Notes under the pieces: generated by a model
The model's database searches: none
The model's input: only the letters and a program-made list of their open reading frames with translations
Told to the model about the DNA's origin: nothing
Position numbers and translations under genes: made by a program
From: Azolla caroliniana
Taxonomy: Eukaryota > Plantae > Polypodiophyta
NCBI GenBank assembly: GCA_043228905.1
Contig: JBHGNT010000018.1
Span: 12,214,001-12,278,000 of the forward strand
DNA: 64,000 nt
Direction of reading: 5' to 3'
Shown: positions 1 through 10,870 of the stretch, piece by piece
How positions within the stretch are numbered: the stretch's first letter is position 1
Layout of the letters: each line of letters starts with the position of its first letter

Positions 1-40
1 GACTCTCCTCTCGGGAGTTGCACAAAGCTAGTTCGCACCT

Positions 41-682
41 TTGGTTGAAACATCATTGCCACTTCTCAACAATTTTCCTGCTTTCCTAGAAGAGTTTGAG
101 GCGACATTTGGGGATACGGATTGGCGTCGAACAAGCCTTAACAAAATCTATTCATTACATCAAGGTAAGTGTCCAGTGTCTGTTTATGCATCTGAATTTA
201 GACAATTGGCATGTGATGTTCAGTGGGACGACCAAGCCCTTTGCGACCATTTTCATCAGGGCCTTCAATGTGATGTTAAGAATCTAGTACTAAACTTCCT
301 GGAGCCGACTTCATTATCGCAAACCATCAAGCAAGAAGTCAGTTGTGACAACCACCTTTTTGAACTTCGACAAGAGGAATGGGCGACTTCCAAGTTGTCT
401 CCATTTCTCCACGTTAAACCTATGGTACAACCCCAAGTGACCGCGAGATCGTCTCCAGTGACATTGTTCAATGATCCTATGCCGATGGAAATTGATCGAG
501 CTCGAGCCCCACTCACCACAACCGAATGACACCATCGATGAGCCAATGGGCTATGTCTATATTGCGGCGCCTCTACCCATCGAATTCATTTTTACCCACT
601 CAAAAGCAATCTGTGACGAGTCTATCGGGACAATCCAACTAGTGAATCTCAACATTCGGAAAACGATGATGTCCAACTATAG
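41..682 (+). pseudogene. Gypsy gag (retrotransposon gag plus degenerate CCHC knuckle)
   Basis: QGKCPVSVYASEFRQLACDVQWDDQAL, DPMPMEID, LCLYCGASTH; in-frame TGA stops; ends SENDDVQL* over GGAAAAC (658-664), a candidate -1 slippery site like that of PEG10/Sushi. Confidence 0.85.
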
Positions 683-779
683 TAGGAGCTATGCGGTTGG
701 ACAACAAACATACATGTTGCTCCTAAAGTTCTACAAACGACTTTTCCTTCGAGGTAACTCTCTGTTTCTAGTCTATTTC

Positions 780-2852
780 AATTCAATCCTTAACGCTACT
801 CGATTCCGGGGCCACGACATGTTTTATGGATGAAATGTTCGTTCGTAAACACAACTTTCCTGTTGTCTGGTTGTCCAAGCCTATCCCTATCAAAGCTATC
901 GATGGACGAATGCTCTCCTCTGGCACAGTCACCAAAGCCACGACCCCCCTCATTTTGCAGCTTGGGACCCATCATGAGGCCTTATCATTTTACCTGATCA
1001 CTTACTTTACAACCGCAAACTCACATGGAGGTTGGAGCGGCTTCCAATGTCGTTGTGTCAAAATGCCCCGAATCATTTTCTGTCGAGCACTCCGCCATTC
1101 AACTCAGACCAATGCACTCAGATGCTCATGCCCCAGTCACAATGCACTCCATCTCAATGGGCAATGATGTAGAGTCGAGCACCCCAACTTTGGTTCCTAT
1201 GAAAGCCAATCTGAACTTGCTTCCATCCAAATATGGTGACATTGCTGATGTGTTCGAGAAGAAATGTAGATCACTTATCGGAGCACCGACCATATGATTG
1301 TCCAATCGATCTACAGGAGGGCACATCTCCACCCTTTGGGCCCATTTATGGTCTCTCTGAACCAGAACTAGAGGCTCTTCACACATATCTTGATGAAAAT
1401 TTGGAGAAGGGCTTCATCCAACTATCTAAGTCACCAGTTGGGGCCCCCATCTTGTTTGTGAAGAAAAAGGATGGATCATTGCGTCTATGTGTGGATTACC
1501 GTGGCCTCAATAAAATCACGGTATGTAATCGATACCCTTTACCTCTCATCCCAAAGCTCCTTGATCGCCTTCGTTGTGCACAAGTCTTCTCCAAGATTGA
1601 CTTGCGGGGAACATACAACTTGGTTCGGATTAAACCTGGTGATGAATGGAAGACAACATTTTGTATGCGATACATGCACTTTGAGTACAAGGTAAGGCCT
1701 TTTGGACTCACCAATGCTCCAGCTGTTTTTCAACATATGATGAACGACATATTTCGAGAATATCTCGATCACTTTGTCGTTATCTACCTTGATGACATTC
1801 TTTTCTTCTCGTCGAGCATTGAAGAGAATACTCACCACGTTCGATTAATTCTCTCGAAATTCAGGGAGCATGGCCTCTATGCCAAGAGAGAAAAATGTGA
1901 GTTTGATTGCAATTCCATAGAATTTCGTGGTTATGTTATCTCCTCCCAGGGCATCACCATGGATCCAAGGAAAATCAAGACAATTCAAGAATGGGCCACT
2001 CCAAAATGAGTAAAGGATGTCCAGTCATTCCTTGGTTTCACAAATTTCTATCGGCGATTTATCAAGGGGTTCTCCGTCATATTCCAACCCTTGATTGAGC
2101 TTACTCGTAAAGGGATGTCGTTTCAATGGACTCCATCTACTCAACACGTCTTCGACCTACTCAAGGAAGTTTTTACCCGGGCTCCAGTCCTCCTTCACGT
2201 CGACCCTACTAAGCCTTTTGAAGTTGAAACAAATTCCTCTGACTTTGCCATTGGTGCCATCTTATTCCAACCCGATGATGATGGCATTCTACATCCGGTG
2301 GCGTACTAATCCCGAAAATTCACAACTCTAGAAATAAACTATCCCATCTACGACAAGGAGCTCGCGACTATAGTGGTAGCTTTCACGGAGTGGAGACCTT
2401 ACTTGGCTGGGGCACAATATCGGGTTCAGGTATTAACAGATCATAAAAATTTATTGTATTTCTCAACAGCCCGTACTTTTAATCGGTGGCAGACCCGTTG
2501 GTCAACTTTCTTAGCCGACTATGACTTTGAAATTGTCTTTCGGCTGGGGGCACAAAACATGAAGGTTGATGCTCTTTCACGATGGTCAGATTTTGAGTTG
2601 AGCCCAAGGGATGATGCCTATGCTCAACAATCTCAATGTTTGCTTAAACCATATCAATTCCAGCTCTTCGCCACATGCATGCTCCATGACGACTCTTTGC
2701 TTGAGGAGATAGCCAAAGCACTTCCCACCGACAAATTTGCCAACGCAATTCAAGGTCTTATTGATCCGTCTAAATCCAAGACCAAGGAAGTCCTTGACCG
2801 CTTCAGATTCGAGGGGGGATTGCTTTACCGAGACCAACTCTTATATGTTTCG
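780..2852 (+). pseudogene. Gypsy pol: protease, RT, RNase H (frameshifts and stops)
   Basis: [70 protein letters not shown]. Confidence 0.95.
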
Positions 2853-3266
2853 TGTTGAGAAGCAAGCTCAACAAAGCTATGTGATGCTTATTCAGAAATA
2901 AGCTATAGTAGCTATTAGCTAATTAGCTACTAGTGGACATAAAGGTGAAACAACTATTTAGCTATGCACAACTATTTAGCTACTGACAGCTATTTAGCTA
3001 TAGACAACTAATTAGTTGCATATATATAGGTCACTTATGTACTTAGGTAAAAAGTAAGTAGAAGAGCGAGAGTAGTGCAGAGAGAAAGAATAGAAAAACA
3101 GAAAATAGATGAGAGCAAGTTGACCTCTGCGTGTAATGAAGTAGAAGCTTTTTGGACTATGCAGAGGTAAGTCTCCTTCCCCTTCCCCTTTTTGTCTTGA
3201 GCACTGAACGATCCAGCACATCATGATCCGCTGTGCACACAGAAGAGCCGTAGCGCCTTCGTAACA
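2853..3266 (+). repeat. 5' LTR of Y, with ~18-bp CAACTATTTAGCTA subrepeats at 2951-3018
   Basis: TGTTG...TAACA termini, followed directly by the PBS. Confidence 0.85.
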
Positions 3267-3278
3267 TGGTATAAGAGC
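3267..3278 (+). promoter_or_regulatory. Primer-binding site, tRNA-iMet type
   Basis: TGGTATAAGAGC, 1 mismatch to TGGTATCAGAGC. Confidence 0.85.
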
Positions 3279-3392
3279 AGAGTTGCTCATAAAGAAGCTT
3301 AGAACGATACAAAGATATGAGAAGTTTGTTTTTGGTTGCTGATCTGAATCGAAGAGAGTTGTGTATGAAGTTAATGCTAATTGAAAGAGAAA

Positions 3393-5410
3393 ATGGCTGT
3401 AGAGAATGCAAGCCAAATAGTTACAAAAAAATTAGATAAAAAAAATTTCCCGGCATGGAAATTCAGAATGACAAACTTCCTTATGGGGAAAGGATACTGG
3501 GATTATATTGAAGGAGACCTAGAAGAGGCTCCAGAGATCCTTGAAGAAAATGCATCTGCTGCACATATAAAAGCATTTAAGGAATGGAACCAAGGGGCAA
3601 GAAAAGTATTGCATTGGTTGTCACTTAGCATCTCAGATTCCATGCTTGGACACATACAGGATGCTATGCTTCCAAAAGAAGCTTTGGACAGTTTAGTAAA
3701 AATGTTTGCAATGAATAGAAAGGCAAGAAAGCTTCAGTTGAAGATTGAGCTAAATACCTTGGAAAAAGGTAAGATGTCAGTAAATGAGTATGCTCTGCAA
3801 ATAAAGAGCATATGTGAATCACTTGCTTCTATCAATGTGAAGATAGAAGATGATAATAAGGTGGAAATATGCTTAAGAGGCTTCGGACCTCAATATAAAA
3901 GCTTCAAAACATCTATTCTCACAAGGGATAGCATCCCAAGTTTTCCAGATCTGGTTTCAATGCTTGTAGTAGTAGAAAGAAATCAAATGGATGATGTAAA
4001 CAAAGGAAACTCAGAGAATGAGGGGCAAGCCCTCTACAATAGTGTTGGAAGAGGCCATGGAAGATTTGGTTCAGCTAGAACCAACAACAATAGTTATCAA
4101 GGAAGAGGACAACATGCTGTAAGTGGAAGAAACAACATCAGAGGCAGAGGGAGCAATCGAGGAAGAGGTAAGAAAACCTATTTGAATGATGATGGTTGTG
4201 GGTATTGTGGAAAACTAGGCCATACACAGGCTGAATGCTTTAGAAAGCAAAATGATGAAAAAAGAGGGAAGAGACAACAAAATAATTATGCCTCAACCAA
4301 TGAAGACTGTGATAAAGATGGTGCATTTGTGGTGCAACATGAAACAACAACAGTGGCTAAATGTTCACAGAGATGCAATGAAGAGTTTATGTGGTATGTA
4401 GATTCTGGGGCATCTAATCATATGACAGGACATAAAAACTGGTTTGAAAGTCTAAAAGAACCAAAGATTCTTGGTTATGTACAGACAGGTGATAATACTA
4501 CTCACCAAATAGAGCATGTTGGAGATATCCAATTGTGGGAAGACAAAGGAGAAACAAAGTATATGCTGAATGTTATGCATGTTCCAAACCTTACAAAAAA
4601 TCTGATTTCTGTTGGACAGATAGTAGAGCAAGGGATGCAAGTTAAGTTTAAGCAAAGTGGATGCTTCATAGAGAAAAATGGAAAGCTCATTGCAAAAGGA
4701 AAACGAGAAGGAAGGATGTTTGTGTTAGATGTGGATATGCCCAGGAAGATTACAACCATGTTTACAGAAGGAATGAGTGTAATCTCAGAAGTGGAAATGT
4801 GGCATAAAAGAATCGGTCACATAAGTATGCAAACATTGAAAAATATGTTGAGGAAAGATGTAGTGGCTGGACTGCCTAAGTTGAAAGACTGTGAGATGGG
4901 AAAAGTATGTGAAGCATGTCAATTTGGAAAGCAAAACAGGTTGCCTTTCCCTAATGAAAGACATGTAAGCAAAAATTTGCTGGATTTGGTACATACGGAT
5001 GTATGGGGACCAACAAAAGATACATCAATTAGTGGATGTAAGTTTTATGTTACTTTCATTGATGATTGCTCAAGAAAAACGTGGGTTTACTTCATGAAAG
5101 AAAAAAGTGAAGTATTTGATTGCTTTCGTAAGTTTAAATGTATGGTGGAAAAGTAGGCTGGAACTAGAATAAAATGCTTAATAAGATCTGATGGAGGAGG
5201 AGAGTACTTCTCAAATGAGTTTTCTGATTTTCTATGCAACCAAGGAATAAGAAGACAGTTCACATGTAGATATACTCCACAGCAAAATGGAGTTGCTGAG
5301 AGGAAAAATAGAACTTTGGTGAACATAGCAAGAGCCTTAATGACAGAAAAAAATATGCCATTGTATTACTGGGCAGAATCTGTAAACACAGCAAATTACA
5401 TTCTAAATAG
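3393..5410 (+). pseudogene. Copia polyprotein 5' half (gag, CCHC, protease, GAG-pre-integrase, integrase)
   Basis: CGYCGKLGHTQAEC, WYVDSGASNHM, WHKRIGH, CEACQFGK, LVHTDVWGP, FIDD, TPQQNGVAERKN; TAG at 5154. Confidence 0.95.
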
Positions 5411-5415
5411 TTCTA

Positions 5416-5780
5416 GTTGGTGTTCTAGTTCTCGATGAGGACCGCACATGGTCGCTCACTCACGTTGGTGTTCTAGTCTCTGGTGAGGACCATACATGGT
5501 CGCTCATGCCTGTTTGTGTTCGAGTTCCCGGTGAGGACCGTACATGGTCACTCACACTCCTGTTGGTGTTCGAGTTCCCGGTGAGGATAATACATGGTCG
5601 CTCACACTCACGTTGGTGTTCCAGTCCCCGGTGAGGATTGAACATGGTCACTCACACTCATGTTGGTGCTCCACTCTCGCCCGTTGGTGTTCCAATATCT
5701 AGTGAGGACCACACATGTCGCTCACGTTCACCCGTGCTCCTATTTCTGGTGAGGACTGGTCATGGTCACTCACTCCTCAA
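5416..5780. repeat. Tandem array of ~48-50-bp units (about 7 plus a partial), each with a hairpin; putative 3' UTR of Z
   Basis: Consensus GTTGGTGTTCYAGT..GGTGAGGACCRTACATGGTCRCTCAC. Confidence 0.9.
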
Positions 5781-5853
5781 TGTACTTTGGTTTTCTCTTT
5801 TAGCTCACCCCTACACCACGCTTTTGAAAACGCGGCCGTAAAGGGGAGGATAA

Positions 5854-6392
5854 TGTCACAATACAATGACACAAAATATATAGTGGGTGAGGATTGAACT
5901 CACAACCTCACATGAACAATACATCATGCTCAACCATCTTCATATGAGCATTGTATAAGATATATATTTGATCTACATATCATATTATAAGATGTACATG
6001 ATCTAGGTATACTCTCTAGACATATCATATTATAAGTTCTAGAAAGTTCCAAGTTCTAGAAGGTTCTAGAATATTCTTCAAAATATTCTAATGCATGTAC
6101 GTCAACTTACAGTATAAATACTTGTAACCTTTTTGGTCCCTTTCAAGGGATTCAACATCAGTCATTGACACACCAATCTAGTATTCTTGTTTAGCTCCAT
6201 CTTCTCTCCTAGATTTACATCTTTGTCTTTATGCTCTTATATTTGTCCCTAACATCTTAAGTTCCTCATCTCCTCGCTACCAACTTCCTGAGTTTCTAAC
6301 CTCATCACGTCGAGTTCCACATTTGTAACCTTATCGGTGATAGCCTTGTCATCTGTGTTTTGACGTATTCTAGCGTTGGTGTGTCCGTGACA
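5854..6392 (+). repeat. 3' LTR of Gypsy Z
   Basis: Preceded by a PPT; 6-bp terminal inverted repeat TGTCAC/GTGACA; TATAAATA at 6113; host Copia A resumes at 6393. Confidence 0.85.
6037..6120 (+). promoter_or_regulatory. Heat-shock elements plus TATA box in the LTR
   Basis: TTCtaGAAagTTC (6037-6049), TTCtaGAAggTTCtaGAAtaTTC (6054-6076), TATAAATA (6113-6120). Confidence 0.7.
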
Positions 6393-7960
6393 TAGGTCCC
6401 GAGTTTCATTGGCATCGAGTACCCACATTTCTTCTTCCATAGCAGCACGCCAATTTGTGTCTTTTGCTGCTTCTGCGCAGCTCTCTGGCTCATGCACTTC
6501 CGCCACCTTGGTCATGTACGCATAATGATACGCCATGTACTCATTGTATCCGTAGCATTTTACGGGGTTCTTTTGGTGGGTTGACCGGCACAATTTTTTG
6601 TTAGCCGGTTTGAGGCCCTTCTTGGCCTGTTTCGACTTCGTTTTCGAAGATCCGGCTTCATTCTTTCTAGAGTCAGAATCACTTTGATCTGACTCTTCGC
6701 TTCCGGTGTCGTATTTTGGCATCTTCTTCTTCCCCTTCTCTGTGCGCGTGAATCGTCTCCCCGGTTCCTTGCGTGGGGTGAGAATGGTAGAGTCTCCACC
6801 ACTCACCGGTTCTTCATCCAACTGGTCATTCCGACTCAGTTGCTCATATGGCCCACTTAGCCAGAATGAGATCAGATTCTCATCTAGAGTACCAAATTCT
6901 CGATCTTCTTCCTGAACCTCTCCGGGTTCACTAGCCCCATCCCCCGAAATCAGGTCGTCTTCGGGAGTTGGAGCCAGTAGAGAGTACCATGATGCCGACA
7001 GTTCATCAAACTCGACATCTCGACTTACTTGGGCCTGTTTAGTCTGGGGGTTATAACACTTATACATCTTTTGTTCATGCGAGTAGCTGATGAGTATCTA
7101 CTTCTCCGACTTCAGATCCAGCTTCCTCCGCTTCTCATCTGGAACACATATGCTATGCTACTGAATATCCGAAGGTGTCTCAAATTCGGCTTCCGCCCAA
7201 AATACAGCTCATGTGCTGACACCTTATCTCCGATCCAGTTTTGGATGTAGACAACCATCCGGACCGCCTCAACCTAGTAGAATCGGGGCATGCTTTTCTC
7301 CTCCAGCATTGCCTTTGCCGCGTTGACAATCGATCGATTCTTTTTCTCGTCCACAACGTTTTGTTCCGGTGTGTATGAGCAACGGAATTCTCTCCGAACT
7401 CCTTTTTGCTACAGATAACTGTTGAATTGGCCGAAAGCCATTCGACCGCAGACACTTGATCTTTCTTTCTGTTTCCCTCTCGACTAGGCTTTGTAGATTC
7501 CGGAAACAGTTGAAGACTTCACTTTTCCTCTCAATGAGGTAGATCCATGTGTGCCGGTTGTAGTTGTCGATGAAGGCGACAAAATACCGAATCCCATCAA
7601 GACTAACGTTTTGTGTCGAGCCCCATATATCCGAATGGATTAAGTCAAAATTTTTACGGCTCCGGTTTTGTTCGGTGGGGAATGGAAGCCGGTGTTGCTT
7701 TCGGAGTAGGCAGGCTTCACATATTTGGGCTTTCCAGCCACTGAATTTCGGCAATCCGGGAACAACATGTTTCGATTGCAAGCCTTGAAGCCTCTGGTAG
7801 TTGACGTGGCTGATGTGCTTGTGCCAGAGATCGATGTCCGATTCATTCTTCTATCCTTTGGCGAACAAGGCAGTGCCGATGTCGTTGGTGTCGAGGATGA
7901 ACATCCTCCCGTCTCTGCGCCCTTGTGCAATTATCCGGCCTTCTTCCTCGATGAAGGTCC
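6393..7960 (-). pseudogene. Copia A, left segment: integrase, acidic linker, start of RT
   Basis: CEACLLRKQHRLPF, LIHSDIWG, YKCYNP, WRAAMEEEM; homologous to J (57500-59000). Confidence 0.9.
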
Positions 7961-7981
7961 TGTTGGGAAGTCGGTCCCCCT

Positions 7982-8271
7982 TGTTGAAGACAAAGTCGTC
8001 TATGCGGAAGATCAAGAAGCATTCGATCCCTGTTTATTCCCTGCGTATGACAGATTGTATGTCGTTGCACAGAGAGAGAGAGAGAGAGAGAGACAGAGAG
8101 GCACAAAAGGCTTTCTTTTATAAAGCAAATAATACAACAACCAACCTTACAAAAAGGTTACAAGGTCACTATATATAGTGACCGACTTAGGGCAACTACC
8201 CTTTATGCTAATTACATAAATGGCCAAAACGGGATAGTGTGAATACGTCCATTATACACATGTATTCGACA
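7982..8271 (-). repeat. 3' LTR of C (290 bp)
   Basis: Direct repeat of 22946-23239. Confidence 0.97.
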
Positions 8272-8464
8272 CTCCCCCGTAATGGGCGTATACATGGGTT
8301 ATCTAAGATTACAGGTATAGACTTAGGTTCTCGGACATATCAGCTTTGTTCGAGTCGGCAGGGTCCGAAGGCAGAAGACCGAACTGGTCGGGTCGGAACA
8401 GTGGAAGCCGATCATTAAGGAACTGATGTCGGTTGTCGGGAACCATCCTGCTCTGTGTCCGGCT

Positions 8465-10399
8465 CTAACCGGACTGGTTTGTCGTTACGCCCATCTGATG
8501 CCGAAGAGACCGAAAACGGTCTGCCGAAAGACACTTGGTCATTCCATCTGCGACATTGTCGGTTGTGGATATTTTCTCTAGACCGATTTTCCCTGAAATG
8601 ACGCAGTCCCGAACGAAGTGATATCGAACGTCGATATGTTTGGAGGCGTTGTGGTGAACCGGATTTTTCGACAAGGCAACAGCACCTTGACTGTCGCTGT
8701 AGACAACTGGAGCCGAGTCATGGTCGACTTGTCGAAACGTGTGCGCCAGCCGACCGAGCCACAAAGCTTCTTTTGCTGCGTCGGACGCAGCTACATATTC
8801 TGCTTCGGTCGTTGAGGTCGCTGTGCACTCCTGAAGTTTCGACTTCCACGAGATTGCTCCATTGCCGAATTTGAAGCAGTATCCGGTTGTTGATTTCCGA
8901 CTGTCTATACAACCGGCGAAGTCCGAGTCGGTGTAACCGACTACGCCTGAGGTTCGGTTCGGACCGAAAAGAATGCCGTGGTCTTTTGTGCCAGCCAGAT
9001 ATCTGAACACATGCTTGACTGCGTTCCAATGCGATCGGCCAGGATTGTGCATAAATCTGCTAACGACTCCTACGGCGTGAGAAATATCAGGCCGTGTCGC
9101 GACCATCAGGTACATAAGGGAGCCGACTGCCGGTGCATACGGTACCGACTTCATATCTTCCCCCTCCGGGCCGGATGTCGGGCAGTCTCGCTGAGAGAGC
9201 CGAAGATTCATTGGGAGCGGGGTTGAAGCAGATTTGGCTGATTGCATGTTGAAGCGTTCCAAGAAACGTCGGATATAGTCGGTCTGAGACAAAAAAAGAT
9301 GTCGTTTATCGCGATGCCGACTAATCTTCATGCCGAGTATGTGTCGTGCCGGACCGAGGTCCTTCATGGCAAACTTCAACCGCAGTTGCCGAATGAGATC
9401 GGCAAGTTCGCCCGCGTGGCGTCCGGAAATAAGCATGTCGTCCACGTAGATGATGAGGAAGATGGGTGATCCATCTTGAGCTGTGTTGGTGAAAAGACAA
9501 TGGTCCTCATCGCTTTTGGAGAAGCCGATCGATTGGATGAAGTCGTCGAACTTCTTGTACCATTGTCGTGGTGCCTGTTTGAGGCCGTATAGACTCTTCC
9601 TGAGTCGGCAGACTAGATGTTCTTGGCCAGTTGCCACGAAGCCTTTTGGCTGCTCCATATAAATTTCCTCCTCGAGATCACCATGGAGGAAGGCTGTTTT
9701 GACATCTAGCTGAATCAGCTCCAAGTTGTCGGCTGCCACTACGCCGAGTAGAAAACGAAGGGTTGTCATTTTCACCACTGGTGAAAAAATCTCGTCGAAG
9801 TCGACGCCATATTCTTGTCGGAAGCCCTTCGCAACTAATCTGGCCTTGTACTTTGGGGTGGTCGAATCAGACGTCTCTTTTAGTCGATAAACCCACTTGC
9901 AAGGAAGAGCACGTCGGTTCCTAGGTAATTCAACCAGATCCCAAGTCTTGTTTGCCCGAATGGAGTGCATTTCCGACTCCATCGCCAGATGCCAGGTGGC
10001 TGAATCGACAGATGTCGATGCTTCTTCGTAAGACGTCGGTTCGCCGGCGTCGGTGAAGAAAATTCCAGGAGAATACCTCTCCGGAGGTTGCGACAGTCTC
10101 TCGGATCGTCGAGGTATGATTGGACTGGTCGCATCGGGTATCGTGGTCGGATGGTCCGAAGGCGGATTGTTCTGCTGTGCCGAGTCGGGGTTGTCCGAGT
10201 CGGTAGTGTAAGGTTCAGCTACCCGTGAAGCTGACCGTGTGTTGAGAGCGGGGCCTTCTTGAAGGGTCGGCACATCGGAGAATGTTACCCTTCGGACTTC
10301 GATCGGTTTTTCGACTGATGGATTCATAGCCGACTCGTTGAACACAACGTCCGAACTTCGAACGATTTGTCTGCGTTCGGGGTCCCAGAGTCGGTATCC
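8465..10399 (-). pseudogene. C polyprotein, 3' part (end of IN, RT, RNase H), open frame
   Basis: KARLVAKGF, QLDVKTAFLHG, YVDDML, YTDSDFAG, NVADGMTK; joins 20202 in frame (EMGY|RLWD) once D is removed. Confidence 0.95.
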
Positions 10400-10819
10400 T
10401 GTTACCGGCCGGCAAGGAGTCCAAAATACGGAGTGAAGGAATTAATTAGATATGGTTGTAAATGAGCATAGTGTGGACGGACGGACTGGAAACGGTATGC
10501 CGTTCCAGATCCGGACGGATCCCGAATAGGTGCGAGAGGCACCGTTTTGTACTACGGGCCGGAAACCTATTTAAAGGCCCGGACCCTATTGTAATGGCAG
10601 CGGATAATTAGTAGAGCTTATGTTGTTTATACTTCTGTCTTGATTTCCGTTCTGTAATCACTGTTATATCTTACGCGTGTAATTAACCAAAGCAATCTAA
10701 TCGTGTAACCTACGTAAGTCGGTGTAATTGTTGAATCTTAATCCTATGCCGTAATCACCCTTTGGTGAAGTGTCTCCGTGACACCTTGTGTTAGGCCTTG
10801 TCCGGCTAAGAGAATAACA
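10400..10819 (+). repeat. 5' LTR of D
   Basis: TGTTA...TAACA; repeated at 19777. Confidence 0.97.
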
Positions 10820-10825
10820 CAGTTT

Positions 10826-10835
10826 TGGCGACCAC
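10826..10835 (+). promoter_or_regulatory. PBS of D, probably tRNA-Arg
   Basis: TGGCGACCAC, 6 nt after the LTR; complementary to the plant tRNA-Arg 3' end as recalled, not checked. Confidence 0.6.
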
Positions 10836-10870
10836 GATTCCTGCTTTCTCGCAGCGAACGACGGTAATGG

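Larger units (their letters stand above)
2853..5410 (+). mobile_element. Element Y: 3'-truncated Ty1/Copia inserted in Z
   Basis: LTR, PBS and gag-PR-IN, ending abruptly at ~5410 after NYILN. Confidence 0.9.
1..6392 (+). mobile_element. Element Z: decayed Ty3/Gypsy chromovirus-type (Tcn1/Sushi-like) LTR retrotransposon, 3' part. Interrupted by Copia Y; integrase lost by deletion.
   Basis: Gag, protease, RT and RNase H remnants at 1-2852; PPT AAGGGGAGGA at 5841; LTR TGTCAC...GTGACA at 5854-6392. Linking this LTR to Z is inferred from orientation and PPT/terminus style. Confidence 0.75.

Noticed and set aside
5416-5780. CRISPR array or hammerhead ribozyme array
   Set aside because: There are no unique spacers and no cas genes. 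CTGGTGAG/CGATGAG plus a stem resembles a hammerhead core, but the essential GAAA is absent.
5881-5950. Functional tRNA gene
   Set aside because: Only a T-arm is convincing; there is no acceptor stem or clear anticodon arm.
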